DNA from: Monocercomonoides exilis PA203
Taxonomy: Eukaryota > Protista > Preaxostyla
Assembly (NCBI GenBank): GCA_001643675.2
Contig: LSRY02000066.1
Span: 1-64,000 of the forward strand
Direction: 5' to 3'
DNA length: 64,000 nucleotides
The notes under the pieces were generated by a model. That model had not been told where the DNA came from. It saw nothing but the letters and a program-made list of their open reading frames with translations, and did no database searches. How positions within the stretch are numbered: the stretch's first letter is position 1; each line of letters opens with the position of its first letter. The position numbers and the translations under genes were made by a program. Of this stretch, positions 25,101 through 38,000 are shown one piece after another.

Positions 25101-28100
25101 ATCAAAAAGCTGCGTGCGTGTGCTGGAAGCGATGGAAATGTTCCGAACTCGCCAGAAATGGCAATGCAGTTTCTGATTGATCGTGCGCGAGAGCGGTTGC
25201 ACATCATTCTGTGCATGTCTCCCATCGGCGATGCATTCAGAAGACGATGCCGGATGTTCCCGTCGCTGGTGAATTGCTGCACCATCGACTGGATCTCCAG
25301 CTGGCCACCACGAGCACTCCATTCTGTTTCATTGAAGTATCTCTCTCAGGCTCCGCTTGGACAAGATCCACTTTCCCTGCAGAAGCCTTCATTAGGTTCT
25401 TCTTGCTCATTTACTCTTGCATCGCCTGCGGGTGCAAATCATTCGGAATCAGCTGCTTCTTTCCCTCTTTCTGCTTCTTCTGCTTCCATCAACTGCATCG
25501 CTACTCCGCTTGTTGAACGTATCGCTGAAACTTGTGTTGAGATACACACTTCGATTGAGGAGGCATCTGAAAGATTCTTTCAGGAGACTAAGCGGAAAAC
25601 GTATATAACGCCAGCCTTGTTTTTGGAAATGGTGCGTCTGTTTTTGGATCTTATTGGCGAGAAAATGGCAGAGCTGAAAGAACAGATCGAGAAATATGAA
25701 GGTGGAATGACAATTATCAGAGAGACGCAAAGGTCGGTGAGGACGATGAAGGAGGAGCTAAAAAGGATGGAGCCAATGCTTGTGCAGCAGAAGGAGCAGA
25801 TAACTGAGCTTATGGAGCAGATTGAGAAGGACAGAGCACGGACTGAAGATATGCGCGAGGTAGTTTCAGCAGAAGAGGCTGTTGTCAGAGAAGAGCAGGA
25901 AAAGGCAGAGGAAATGAAGAATGAGGCGCAGAAGGAGCTAGATACCATTACTCCTGTCTTTCAGGAGGCAACAAAAGCACTTGAATCGCTCTCCAAAGCA
26001 GCTGTGAATGAGGTGCGCACCTTTGCGAATCCTCCTGAGCAGGTGAAGAGAGTGATGTTTGCTGTCTGCACACTTTTTGGGAAGAAGAACGATTGGGACT
26101 CTGCGCGTGGACTGTTGGCACAGCCAAACTTCATCCAGATGCTGCTGAACTTCGACACTGTAGAAATCACAGAAGCTGTGGATAAGAAGATGAGAGCAAA
26201 TTATTTGGATGACCCAGACTTTTCGGCAGAGAAGGTTGAGGCAGTGTCAAAGGCTGCGTCAAACATCTGCTCGTGGGTAGTTGCCATCGTGGAGTATGCG
26301 CGTGTGAGCAAGATAATCGAGCCGAAAAAGCAGGCCGCAGCGCTTGCTCGTGCGAAATCAGACGAACTGACAGCAAAGCTGAATGCCAAGCGGAAGCAGC
26401 TTCATTCACTGGAAGAGGCGCTGGAGGCGCTGGAACAACAGTTTGAGCGAAAGAAGAAAGAACAAGCACAAACAGAGGCAGACATCGAGCAAACACAGCG
26501 GAGATTCGCAAATGCAGAGCAGCTTCTGGGCGCACTGGGTGACGAAGGAGAAAGGTGGGAGGAGAAGCTGGTGCAACTGAGAGATTCGCTGAAGTATTTG
26601 CAAGGGAGCACTGTCATGGATGCTGCATGTCTGACTTATCTGGGTCCATTTGATGCGCCAAATCGACGGAGGCTTATTGCTCAATGGACAGAAAGCTGTG
26701 CCAAGCACGAAATACCAGCTGTGTGCAAAGGAGAAGATTCAGTCTTTTCACTGGAAAGTGATCTTTCCACACCTGTTCAGACAAGAGACTGGCTGATTGA
26801 AGGGCTGCCATCTGATGCGCAATCAGTGGAGAATGCGATCATTGCTACTCGGACGAGAAAATGGCCTCTATTTATCGATCCGCAGGGACAAGCAAATCGT
26901 TGGATCAGAACGAAAGAGAAGGAGACAAAGCTACGTGTGATGCGACCAGGTGAGCCAAACTTCTTACGAACACTTACAAACGCCATACGGTTTGGGCAGC
27001 CGGTGCTACTCGAAGACGTTGGAGAAAGTCTTGAGCCGCAGCTGGGACCGCTGCTGAAGCGACAGATGGTCAATTACAATGGACACAACATCATCCGAAT
27101 TGGAGACCAGGATGTGGACTACAACACGCGATTTAGACTGTTTATAACAACCAAAATAGCAAACCCAAAATTCCTTCCTGAGATGTTCATGAATACCACA
27201 ATCATTAACTTTGCTGTTACACAAGATGGATTGGAGGAGCAGCTACTTGGCACAGTTGTGTCGCACGAAAAGGCTGAGATAGAAGAAGAGAAAGACAAGT
27301 TGGTAAGGCAGATGGCAGCAGATGCGAAGCTTCTCGATCGCACAGAAGCGCAAATGTTGGCACTGATGAAGGAGACAAGCGTGCAGGAGCTGCTCGATGA
27401 CTTGGCACTGATCAACACATTAGATCAATCAAAGCAGACATGGAAAGAGATCAAAGACAGAGTGAAAGACGCAGAAGAGGCAGAGCTGCAGCTGCTGGCA
27501 GCGAGGGACGAGTTCAGAGCAATGGCCGTGAGGGGCACAGTGTTGTATTTTGTGCTTGTGGACTTGGCCAGCCTTGATCCGATGTATCAGTATTCGCTTC
27601 AGTACTTCAGCTCTATTTTCAGCACAGTTCTGGAAAGAACTCCAGCAGCCGATGAGTTGGATTCTCGTCTGCAATCGCTGATTTCTGCACTGACAGAGAT
27701 GGTCTATTGGAGTGTATCGCGCGGACTGTTCGAGAAGCATCGCATCCTGTTCTCGTTTTACATGACTGTGCAGATAAAAAGAAGAGAAGGGGCCATCTCA
27801 GAAACAGACTGGGATGTGTTTGTGCGCGGAACAACTGCACTCCCTCAACCACCTCTTATGACAAAGAGTGGCATGCTGCTTTCACCTATCGGTACTCCGG
27901 CTTCTCCTTCCTTCGGAAATGCAAGCAAAATGTATGAATATCAACAGGCACAGCCAGAAATCCCTGCTTCTGTTAGCGAATTTGTTTCGCCACAATGCTG
28001 GGCAGAGCTGCGGACAATGGAAGAGCGCTGGGGTGAAGTGTGGAGAGGGATAACAGCAAGTGTGGCAGGAGAAGACTTGGAGCCTGATGATGTTGATGCT

Positions 28101-31100
28101 GAGCCTGTCTTTTCTCAGAATGACCCTGACTTTACGTTGATAACAGGTGACTCAATTGCACAGCTGCAGCCTTATCACGGTCCTAACTCGTCTTCTCAGC
28201 TGACATTTTCTTTGCCCGCCCGGCCTCTCACAACATCTCGCTCAATTTTTGGAAGAACGCTATGGCTGAAAGTTCTTCAAGCGCCTGTTCCCACAATAGA
28301 GGAGTTCCCAGAGAGGTGGAATGAAAACTTAACTTCGTTTCAGCGGTTGCTGCTTATTCGAGTCTTGCTGCCGCATCGACTGCAAGGCTGCATGATTGCT
28401 TATGTGCGGCAGGAATTGGGCGAGCAATTTATAAAGTCACCTCCACTGGATCTCGAACGAGCACACTCAGACTCATCGTGCCGCTCTCCGATCATATTTG
28501 TTCTTTCGCACGGAGCAGATCCAACGCAGCGAGTGATACGCTTTGCACGAGAAAGAGGCTTTGGCGATCGGCTGAGGATGTTGTCGCTGGGACAAGGGCA
28601 AGGGCCAGTAGCTGTGGAGATGATGGAGCAGGCAGCACAGAAGGGAGAGTGGGTATTCCTTCAGAACTGTCACTTGGCTGCCTCGTTTATGCAGCAACTT
28701 GAGCGTGTGTGCCTATCATTCTCTTTGGCTGAAGCATCGCAGGTGAATGAAGAGTTCAGATTATGGCTAAGTGCAATGCCAACTCCGACTTTTCCTGTGA
28801 GTGTGCTGCAGAACAGCATAAAGCTTACAAATGAGCCTCCTGCAGGTGTCAAGGCGAATATGGCAAGGTCGCTGAGAGTGTTGGGAACAAAGACATATGA
28901 AAGTGACATTGGCGGAAGAAGGTCATTTGCGTGGAGGAGGTTGCTTATTGGACTGACATTTTTCCATGCTCTTGTGCAAGAAAGAAAGAAGTATGGTGCG
29001 CTCGGCTGGAACATCCAATATGAGTTCAATGAAAGCGACTATGAGATATCCATCAGCCATCTTCGGCTGTATCTGACAACAGGCAGCAGTGGAGCTGGTG
29101 GAGGCAACAGCGGGAGTGGGATTGGGGCAGGAAATGAGAAGGAAAAGGAAGGGGACATTCCATGGAAAGCACTGAGATACATGACAGGGGTGGTGAACTA
29201 TGGCGGGCGTGTGACTGATGAATGGGACAAGCGAACGCTGATGGCGCTTCTGCGGCGGTTTTACGAAGAAAGCATTGTGATTCCAGGAAAGCCATATGAT
29301 CTGGGTGCACCGCGTGTTGGGCAGACTACACTGACGCGGCAGGCTTCGTGTGTGGAACAAGAGCCTGCTGATAACTCTGCCTCCGCAGCTGTCCTTCCTC
29401 AGCACGCTTCTCCGCTACCTTCGCCAACCACATCGCCAATGCCAATGCCACTTCAGATGCCGATGCTTTCGCCTCATGTCTCCACAAACTCGATGGCATC
29501 CTCTTTGTCTGTGTCGAGTTCTGGCCAGCTGCCATCGCTTGCAGCTATTGGGAGATCAAAGAGCTATGTGAGCACAGCTGGGTATGTGGCTGCATACAAA
29601 AGAAACAGATATCTTCTTCCGTCTGATCTGAAGACGCTTTTGCAGCTGCTTCAGTTTGTGGAACGCCTGCCATCCACCGATGAGCCAGAGCTGTTTGGGA
29701 TGCACAGCAATGCTGAGCAGGCCTTCCAACAGAGCGAAACAGAGCGGATGCTCCAGGCGTTGATAACAATGACGCCACGATCTGCTGCTGGCTCCGAATG
29801 CCCCACCCTCTCTCCATCTCCGCTGTGCACTCTGCCTCAGTCACCGCTTGCTGTGTCTTCGCCTTCATTCCGCAATGCCACCCCAGCAGCTATTGGAACA
29901 CCACAACAATCCGACAAACGCAACAGGAAGGCAATTGAGGCAGCAGACAAAAGCAGATCGAAAGAGCACCTTCCTCTTTCACAGCAGAGATTATCAGTGA
30001 AGAGCCTCTCCACCAAACCTTCTGATCGATCACCATCACCGAGTAATGCATCCAATTCCAGCGAGAAGGCGCCCTTGAAAGCGATTGGGGAACTTCTGAG
30101 GACAAAGAAGACAGCTGACGAGGAGGTGCTGGAGCTGGCGAAGGAAATCCTGCAGAAGCTGCCTCCGCTGCTGGATCGGTCAGAGGCAGCAGAAGGGGTG
30201 CTGCCGCAGTTTGTGTGCGCAGGCGAGAAGGAAAACACAAAGCGAGGCAGAACGGACGAAGCAGCAAAGAGAGAGCACGAGCTGTCTGGTGCTGCACCAA
30301 CAGGATCGTCTCAGCTGCGTTTGTGGAGTGGGAGCGAAGGGAAGGTTGGAGAAAGCGGACTCCACCCATCGACAGCAGCGAGTGTGAATTCGCTGTCGAT
30401 TGTGCTGTCGCAGGAGATGGAGCGGTTCAACAGGCTGCTGCAGCTGATGGGCTCGACGCTGCGGGAGCTGGAGAAGGGGATTGCGGGGCTGGTGGTGATG
30501 TCGCAGCAGGTGGAGGAGGTGTACGATGCGATGCTGAAGCACACAGTGCCAGGGGTGTGGAGGGCAAGTGCGTATCCATCGCTGCTGAAGCTGGGAGCAT
30601 GGGTGGACGATGTTGTGCGGAGAGTTGCATTCTTCCGGCACTGGTTGCGTGAAGGTGTGCCGAAGGTGTTCTGGCTGCCTGGCTTTTTCTATCCACAGGG
30701 CTTTCTCACAGCTGTGCTGCAGACATATGCCAGGAAGCACCGTGTGGCCATCGACACACTCCGCTTCCGCCACACGCCTCTGCTCTCACCCGACGACAAG
30801 ATATGCTCCGCCCAATCATCATCTTTGTCATCGTCTTCTTCCTTGTCGTATGCAACCTCCTTTCCCTCTTCTTCAACATCTGTAACGCTGCCATCATCAT
30901 TGTCTGTCTCATCTGCCATCTCCACATTCACCTCTCCACCCTCAGCTTACTCTTGCAACATGCTGTCGTTGTCAGCAAGTGTCGCATCCTCTTCTGCGCT
31001 GGGTGCTCCTCCAGATGGTGTTCTAGTGTCAGGCCTGTTTGTTGAAGGAGCGCGGTGGGACTTTTCGACGATGCAGCTGGCAGAAGCGCTGCCAGGGGAA

Positions 31101-31337
31101 ATGTTTGCAGCGATGCCTGTGATCCACTTTGTGCCTCAGAAGGACTACAGCCCCCCGCCAGCATGCTATGTTGCTCCACTCTACAAGACCGCCCAGCGCC
31201 AGGGGCAGCTGTCGACGACTGGACAGTCCACCAACTTCATCACCACTGTTGTGCTCAGCACACTCCTCCCCTCTGACCATTGGATCCTTCGTGGAGTGGC
31301 GCTGCTGTGCGAACCCAAAATGCTTTCTGACAGCTGA
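16105..31337 (+). CDS. DNAH6: axonemal inner-arm dynein heavy chain, DNAH6-like
   Basis: P-loops GPAGTGKT, GPTRGGKT, GETGVGKS and GVGGCGKQ, plus CFDEFNR, stalk/MTBD and C-terminal HWILRGVALLC. N-terminal FRTWRCFSAW and SYTKMAAKR..RRLVCFIRAVDY resemble DNAH6. Intron 16300-16428. About five single-base frameshifts at 17200-18790, then an uninterrupted 4179-codon ORF. Confidence 0.92.
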
Positions 31338-31889
31338 AACACACTTCAATCAATTCACGTTTGAGCAGCCCGAATGTCATGGATTACTTTATGCATTTAT
31401 AACAGTCTTCATTTACCATGTTTTTTATGTTTCTTTCCGTTTGTGTGTGTATGTGTGTATGTAATCTTGATATGTTGGTATGTTTTATGTGCAATTGGCG
31501 TTTCATTTCCTTCGTATATTTTTTCATTTCTTTTCTTTTTTTCATTTCCATGTTTGATGTGTTGTTATTACAATCTTTTCATTTTGGACAAAAACTCCTT
31601 TTTCTTTTGTTGCAAAGGTTTTTGTGTGAGAATTGATAATCTGGAAATAACAATTGAAAAATGAGGGGAAAAAAAGACCCGAACACAACAAAGAAAGTTT
31701 TCAAATTTATTGCTCAGAACCAGGTGAAACGAATTGCCGTTAATTCTAGATAGCACAATTTTCACAGATAGTTCTCATTTCCATTAAAATAAAATTAAAT
31801 AAAAAAATAAAAAATGTTTATGAAAATGAGATGTGAATATTTTGAATGGATCATGCAATAAAAGCATTTATTCTCAATTGTGAAATCAT

Positions 31890-32220
31890 CAACAAACAGC
31901 ACAATTATTTCAATCTCCTTTTGCTTTCATTCTTTTTTCGCTTTTAGCATATGCCTTTATACATCCGGAGCAATTCCCACATAGAAATAATCAATCGTCT
32001 CTTTCTCTTCGTATGTTCCTGTTGGCATTGAATTCAACTTCACTAGCAACTTATCGGTAAGACATTTGCAACTGTTTTTGTCTTTCATATTTCTCATCCT
32101 GCAAAGTGAATGAATTTGTGTATCCAGCTATTCGGCATACTGCACATTACTAGCTGCTTTTTTTTGGATTCAGGAAATGAATTGTTCCTTTATCTTGCCC
32201 AACTGTCAAGTAATTCAGAA
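31890..32220 (-). pseudogene. decayed ORF, possibly a retrotransposon gag-like remnant
   Basis: The minus strand reads LLDSW..*..LCRMRNMKDKNSCKCLTDKLLVKLNSMPTGTYEEKETIDYFYVGIAPDV*RHM, resembling the gag pattern E..I..F..GL...I. It has in-frame stops. No pol or LTRs seen. Confidence 0.3.
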
Positions 32221-33442
32221 CTTAATCAGCAGAATTATCGTTTCATGTAAAAGACAATCAAGCGCTTCGGATAATCATGAGGAACTTTCTGTAGGCACTT
32301 GGATGTTAAATCACAACTGAAGAAATTGATACATGGAAATCCACTTGTAGAATCCAATCAGAAGAGTGGAAATAAAGCGATGAAACAGTCAATTGATAAG
32401 AGTCATTGAATGGAAGAAAAGTGCAAACGAATCGAATTGCAAAAAGCTTTTTGCTTTAATATCATTTTCAAACAGGACGCTGACTCACATTAATTTCAAT
32501 ATTCTAAACACACAAAATGTTTTGATGATAAATGATGAAATTCAATTCAAATCAATAAAACTATTCCCAAAAATATCGATACAGTATTCCAAGTGTTAAT
32601 ATGGTCTGTGATAAACAAAATAAATCAATTTTTCGATTTGCAATCGTTTCTGAATGCAAAGCCTTTGCCTGCAGAAAGAATCAAGAAATGAGTCATTGAT
32701 AAAAATTCGATTTCTTGTTCATCACATTTGCTCAAAAATAGAAGCTTCATTAAAAGTTGCATGAATTGATCGTTTAGAGAAAAATCTGGATAAAATTTCA
32801 CAATTCGACTTGCTAGCTCGGGAAGCTTAAAAACGAATGTTGTGATTATTCACTCATAATGAGGATCATCAAAGAATAGCATTCTTGATTTATGTTCAAC
32901 AACGTGTTGTATCAGTAATTTTGATGTATTTCAGAAATTTTCTATGTATTTTGTTGTTTTTCCAAATTATGTGCGTGCTCTTTCAATTTTGCAGTTTTCC
33001 ATTCTTTTTGGTAGCTTTTTTAAGAATATTGAATCTTCTCAGCCTCATTTCCAATTACTTTCCTTTTTTCAATACAGTTTTCGTATTCCAAAGATAAGCA
33101 GAAAATTCATATCAAAAATGCTTAAAATAGTAGTTTCGATGATAATAATTATCCTTTTTTGCTATTTGCTAATCAATCATCCCAATTGAATAATTTTAAT
33201 GAAGTGTATTTTCATGCCCATATACGATAGAAAAATTTGGAGATAACTCAAAAATACCTACAAATCATTATCACAAATCCAAAATTTTTATATTAAGGTA
33301 TTCACCAAATAATTCAGAGATGTTTCAAACAACATTAATGTTTTTGAAATATCGATTAACACGATTAGCGAAAAAAGAAAAGATCGTTACCACAACAAAT
33401 TCAATAATTGTATGTTTTTGAAGTTTATGCTATTACGCGCCA

Positions 33443-35041
33443 ATGCATCATTTAAAAAAAGTTGCACAATCTGATCAGCAAAATTCAGATAATAATAAAC
33501 CTCCGCAACCGAAATTTATCCAACTTTTGAAAAATCTAGGCTTGATATTTGAAGATGGATGTTTTATGTTTGGTTTGTTGTTGTTGTTTTATATCTCTCT
33601 AAAAAATCTTAATGACTCGTTCGTTCTATTAAATTTATTTCAGAGGCAAATTCGTTTGAAACAAAAAGTAAACTTGAACTGTATCTTCAAGACGATGAAA
33701 AGAAAAATGAATTCTTGAGATTGCTTGATGATTACACCTCGTCTATGAAATCTTTTCATGCGCTTCTTGTCGGAGTAATTTCTCAGTCATTGTTTGTGCT
33801 TGTTTTTCTCAAATATTTCACATTAGTTTTGAAAGAGATCAATCAATTTCTTCATTATCATGGGGGACTGGGGAAAGTGTAATTAGAATGCTATTGAATT
33901 CTGCTAAAATACAAAAAGATGTTGCATCTATTTTGTTGGATCGAATTCTAGAATTCGCAATGGAGATGTGTGCTTTTCAAAAGTTATTTTTTCATTCGTT
34001 GATTTTCTTTTATCATTTTTGAAAAGAGAAACAAAGCCTTCTTTAATTGTGTCATCACCTCAACATGTTACTATTATTCAGCTTTCTCTGAAACAGCTTT
34101 CCTGGCTGGATAATCTTGAATGTGATCGATTTGTTATCAACAGACTGATAGAGATAGTCCAGATGATAACCCCACGAACTGTGAACTTGTCCAGCTCAAG
34201 AAGCAATGGAAACTCTACGTCTACGGTGAATTGCGATCTGCGATCAGAAATTATTTTGGCACTTCCAGGAATTGCGTCTGATGCCATCCATCCAGTCGTT
34301 GCTGAGATGCTCTGTCGTATTGCAAAGGAGACTGATGGTGAGAAGTCGCTGCCAGCCATCCTACAAACATTCTCGTTCCTTCGAATACCCGAAAAGCAGG
34401 CTGAAGAAGCGCGTGCGTTGTGCATGACTGCACTTCGCACGGCGCCGTTCCATCTTCTTCCGCCAATTGTGGACTATCTGTTCACGAACAGCTCAGCGGG
34501 GTTGCTTGGTTTACGCGATGATGCAAAGAAGAAGAAGGCGTATGGATTGTTTGATGAGATACTGATGAACATCAATCTGTGTGTGTTTGGGCGAGAGAGA
34601 GAAAGAGCACTGGAAAAGGAAAGAGGATATGAAGGTGGAGAGAAGAGTATAGTCAGAGGCAGAAGCATTGGGAGTTACTCTCAGTCAACTTCTTCTTCTT
34701 CTTCTTCTTCATCGTCTGCGCTCAATGCACAAAACATTGCAGAAGCAGAACTTGCTGCTATGCTCAAAAAAGCGTGCACATCCAATCCTGATTTTGCTGA
34801 TTATCTGAACACTCGCTATCACAGAATATTCACTTCTTCTTCATCTCAATCTTCTTCTTCCTCCTCCTCTCCTTCTTCCATGGCACATCAATATCCTCCT
34901 CTTTCTAGTCAGTTCATTTCATCTTCTTTGTCTCCTCTCTCTTCTTCGTCTGCATCTCGCTTCTCTTCTGATCTCTTTCCACTAGACATTTGGCTTCTCT
35001 TCTTTCTGTTCTCTTCCACTTCATCCACTTCATCATCATCA

Positions 35042-35072
<31 letters not shown>

Positions 35073-38000
35073 TGTCTGCTTTGTCTTCTGTCCAATCGTC
35101 TCACCGCTTTTTTGCTGGGCAGGTGTGGCTGAAGGCAGCTGAACGAGAAGGGAACACGCTCATTCCTCTGATTGAAACTGCCCTCAGCCCACTTCATTCG
35201 ACTGCTCTGAACGACAATTACGAGGCTGTGCTGGACTTGGCATCGATGCTGATGCTGCGGGGAAGCGACGGAGAAGGGAAAGGAAAGGGGAGAGGGAGAG
35301 GGAAGAAAAATGGAATGGGGTCCGGAGAAAATAGTGGGCGGAGAAATAAAGAGAGAGAGATAGAATTGCTGCTGATGAAGTCTATTTCAAAATCTCCTCT
35401 TGCTCTTTCATCGTCATCGTCATCCATTTCGTCCTCATCAGCAACTTTCTCTTCTTCTTCACTCATTCACAAATGCCAGCAGCTGAGCAGCACGCTCTTT
35501 CTCTGCTCCTTCTCCACTTTTTCGTCTCCTTCATCTCGTCAGGATATTCTTGCCCGTCTCCTCACATTTGCTGGCTCTTCCAACCAGCACACATCTGATG
35601 CCTCTCTTTCTCTCTTCCTCCACATCTGCGAGCAGAAGACAGAAGAAATGCGTCGGGTAGTTGCCTTTGCGCAGTCGCTGATGGAGTTTGTAGGTTCGTT
35701 TTCGCTGCAGCAGATAGAGAAGGTGTTCCGAATAGAGGCTGTGCTGGCAATGAGAGGGGCAGACATCAATGAAGGGCTGAAGGAGACGCTGAACATGGTC
35801 ATTGTGAAGGAGGTGAACAGGCCAGTGAACAAGACACTCGAAGGCGTGAGGAGGGTGCTGCTGCTGAGGAGAACTGCTGTGGAGGATGGGAATGCGCAGA
35901 ATGACAGATTGTTTGGGAGAATGAAGATGTCAAATGGGAAAGATAATGGAAATGAAGCTGGGGAAGAAGAGAACTCAGAAATGGAACATTCAGTTGTGGA
36001 TGACATGCACAATTCATCATCATCGGCTTCTTCTTCATATTCTTCATATTCTTATCCTTCCTCTTCCTCTTCCTCTCTTTCTGTTGCGAGTCATGAAAGC
36101 AATGCCACTATGTCCATTTTGGCTGTCTTCCAGACATTCACATCGCCTCAACATCAGTCTTCCTTCCTTTCTGTTTATTCTTCTTCATCTGGCTTCTCTT
36201 CTCTGCCTTCTGCACTAACAGCCCTTGTTCCTCAGACAATTGGAGTGATTGGAGTGATTAGCTTTGTGCATGAGTTGTCTCTCAGATGTTTAATACTATC
36301 GAATGAGTCAGCTCTTTCATCTTCATCCTCTTCTTCTTCTTCTTCTCTCTTTGAGCATCAGCAGGAAATCTCTTCTCTCATCACTTTTGCTCGTTCAAAG
36401 CTGAAGAACAGTTCTCCTCTTTCTCGCATTCTCCTGCTCCGCTTGCTATCCAACGAGGTGCGTTTGTGCAGTCTTCCGCAGGACGCTGCATTCACTCTGA
36501 TAGAAAGTGTGTCTGATGAAGTGGAACGATATGGTTTGGAGCTGAATCAGATGGGGAGTGTGGAAGGAGCAGTTGGAGATGATGGGTATGCTGGCATTGA
36601 CTCTTCTTCCTCGTCTCTTTCGACTGGCGGAGCGAATTTTCTGTCAGCAGAGGCAGTCAGACAGCAGATAGCTGCACAGTCGCTGATGGCAGCACTCAAA
36701 AGAGAGAGCGAGAAAGCACAGGAAAAAGAGCATGAGAAGGAAAAAGAGATCGACAGGCAGTTGGAAATGAGCATATTGAGGCAGAAGAATGCGCTGGAGA
36801 AAGGCAGCATCACACCCGAACAGCACAAAAGAAGCGTCGACATTCTGAAGAGTGAAGCAGAAGAGCAGAAGAAGCAGCTGCGGGAAGAGCTGACCAGTTT
36901 CCTGCAGCAGCAGAGCGAGCAGCAGTTCGCACTGGAGCAGCAGAGCCAGCAGTACCAGCAGCTCTATCTGATCTCCTCGCAGCCACCACCGCCTCGCTTC
37001 CGGGTGAACACATCGAGAGACGCTTTTCCGCCTGTGTTGATTCCGCGTGTGGTGTTCAACACAGAACAGGAAGACAGTCAGATCCTGTTTAACATTCTGA
37101 GATGTGTGAAACGGAACCCGTCGGAGGCGCTTGTCCACCCAGCCAGACTCACTTTCATTGCATCTGGGACAATCTTCCAGAACATCGTGGCACCTCCTCA
37201 GCAGACACAGATGATGGAGTCGCTGACTCCTTCTTCTTCTCTTTCTTCTTCCTCTTCCTCTTCTGCCACGCCTTCTCCTCCGTGTTTCCCTTCAACATCA
37301 GCTGTGGCAAATGCGTTGTCTGATATTAGTGGGATTCTTCTGTCTTGTCACTGTCTGTTTGATGAAAAGACGCTGCTGAGATTTTATCTGAATCAAAACA
37401 AACAATATTTTGATGGAGAAGGGAACGAAAGGAATAACAAGATGAAGATATTATCAGATGATGAAGAAAACAATGAAAATTATGAAGCTGAAGATGGCAA
37501 TGATGGCAAAGAAGAAGAAGAAAACAATGATGCTGAAAGAAGCAGCAGCAGAAGCAAATGCGATGACGATGATGTTGTGGATAACGATGGATTCACAAGA
37601 ATGCAGCCAGATGAAGAGTCAGATGATGAAGGAAACACAGAAGAAGAAAAAGGATCTCTTCTTCAAGCAAACAAAGCGACTCAACAAAAAGACATGATAT
37701 CTTCTCATTCAAATTCAAAAACTTCTTCTTCTCTTCCTCAGCTGTCTGTTGAGCCTTATCACTTAAACACAGCGTGTTTGTCTCTTTACCTGTCTCTGTC
37801 TTTTCTGAGGGAAGTGCTGAATGTCTATTCGTTCTCAACAGAAAGGACAGTCCAGTGCATTCTTCTCATTCAGCTGAGCAGAGCTGTGTCATTAGCACGC
37901 TGTCTGACAAGATGGGTGAAGAGGAATCCACTTTTTGTGGGTGTGCTGAGTGTGTTGAGTGTGGCTGGCGTGGGAGGCGGAGGAGATGAGGAAGACGAAG

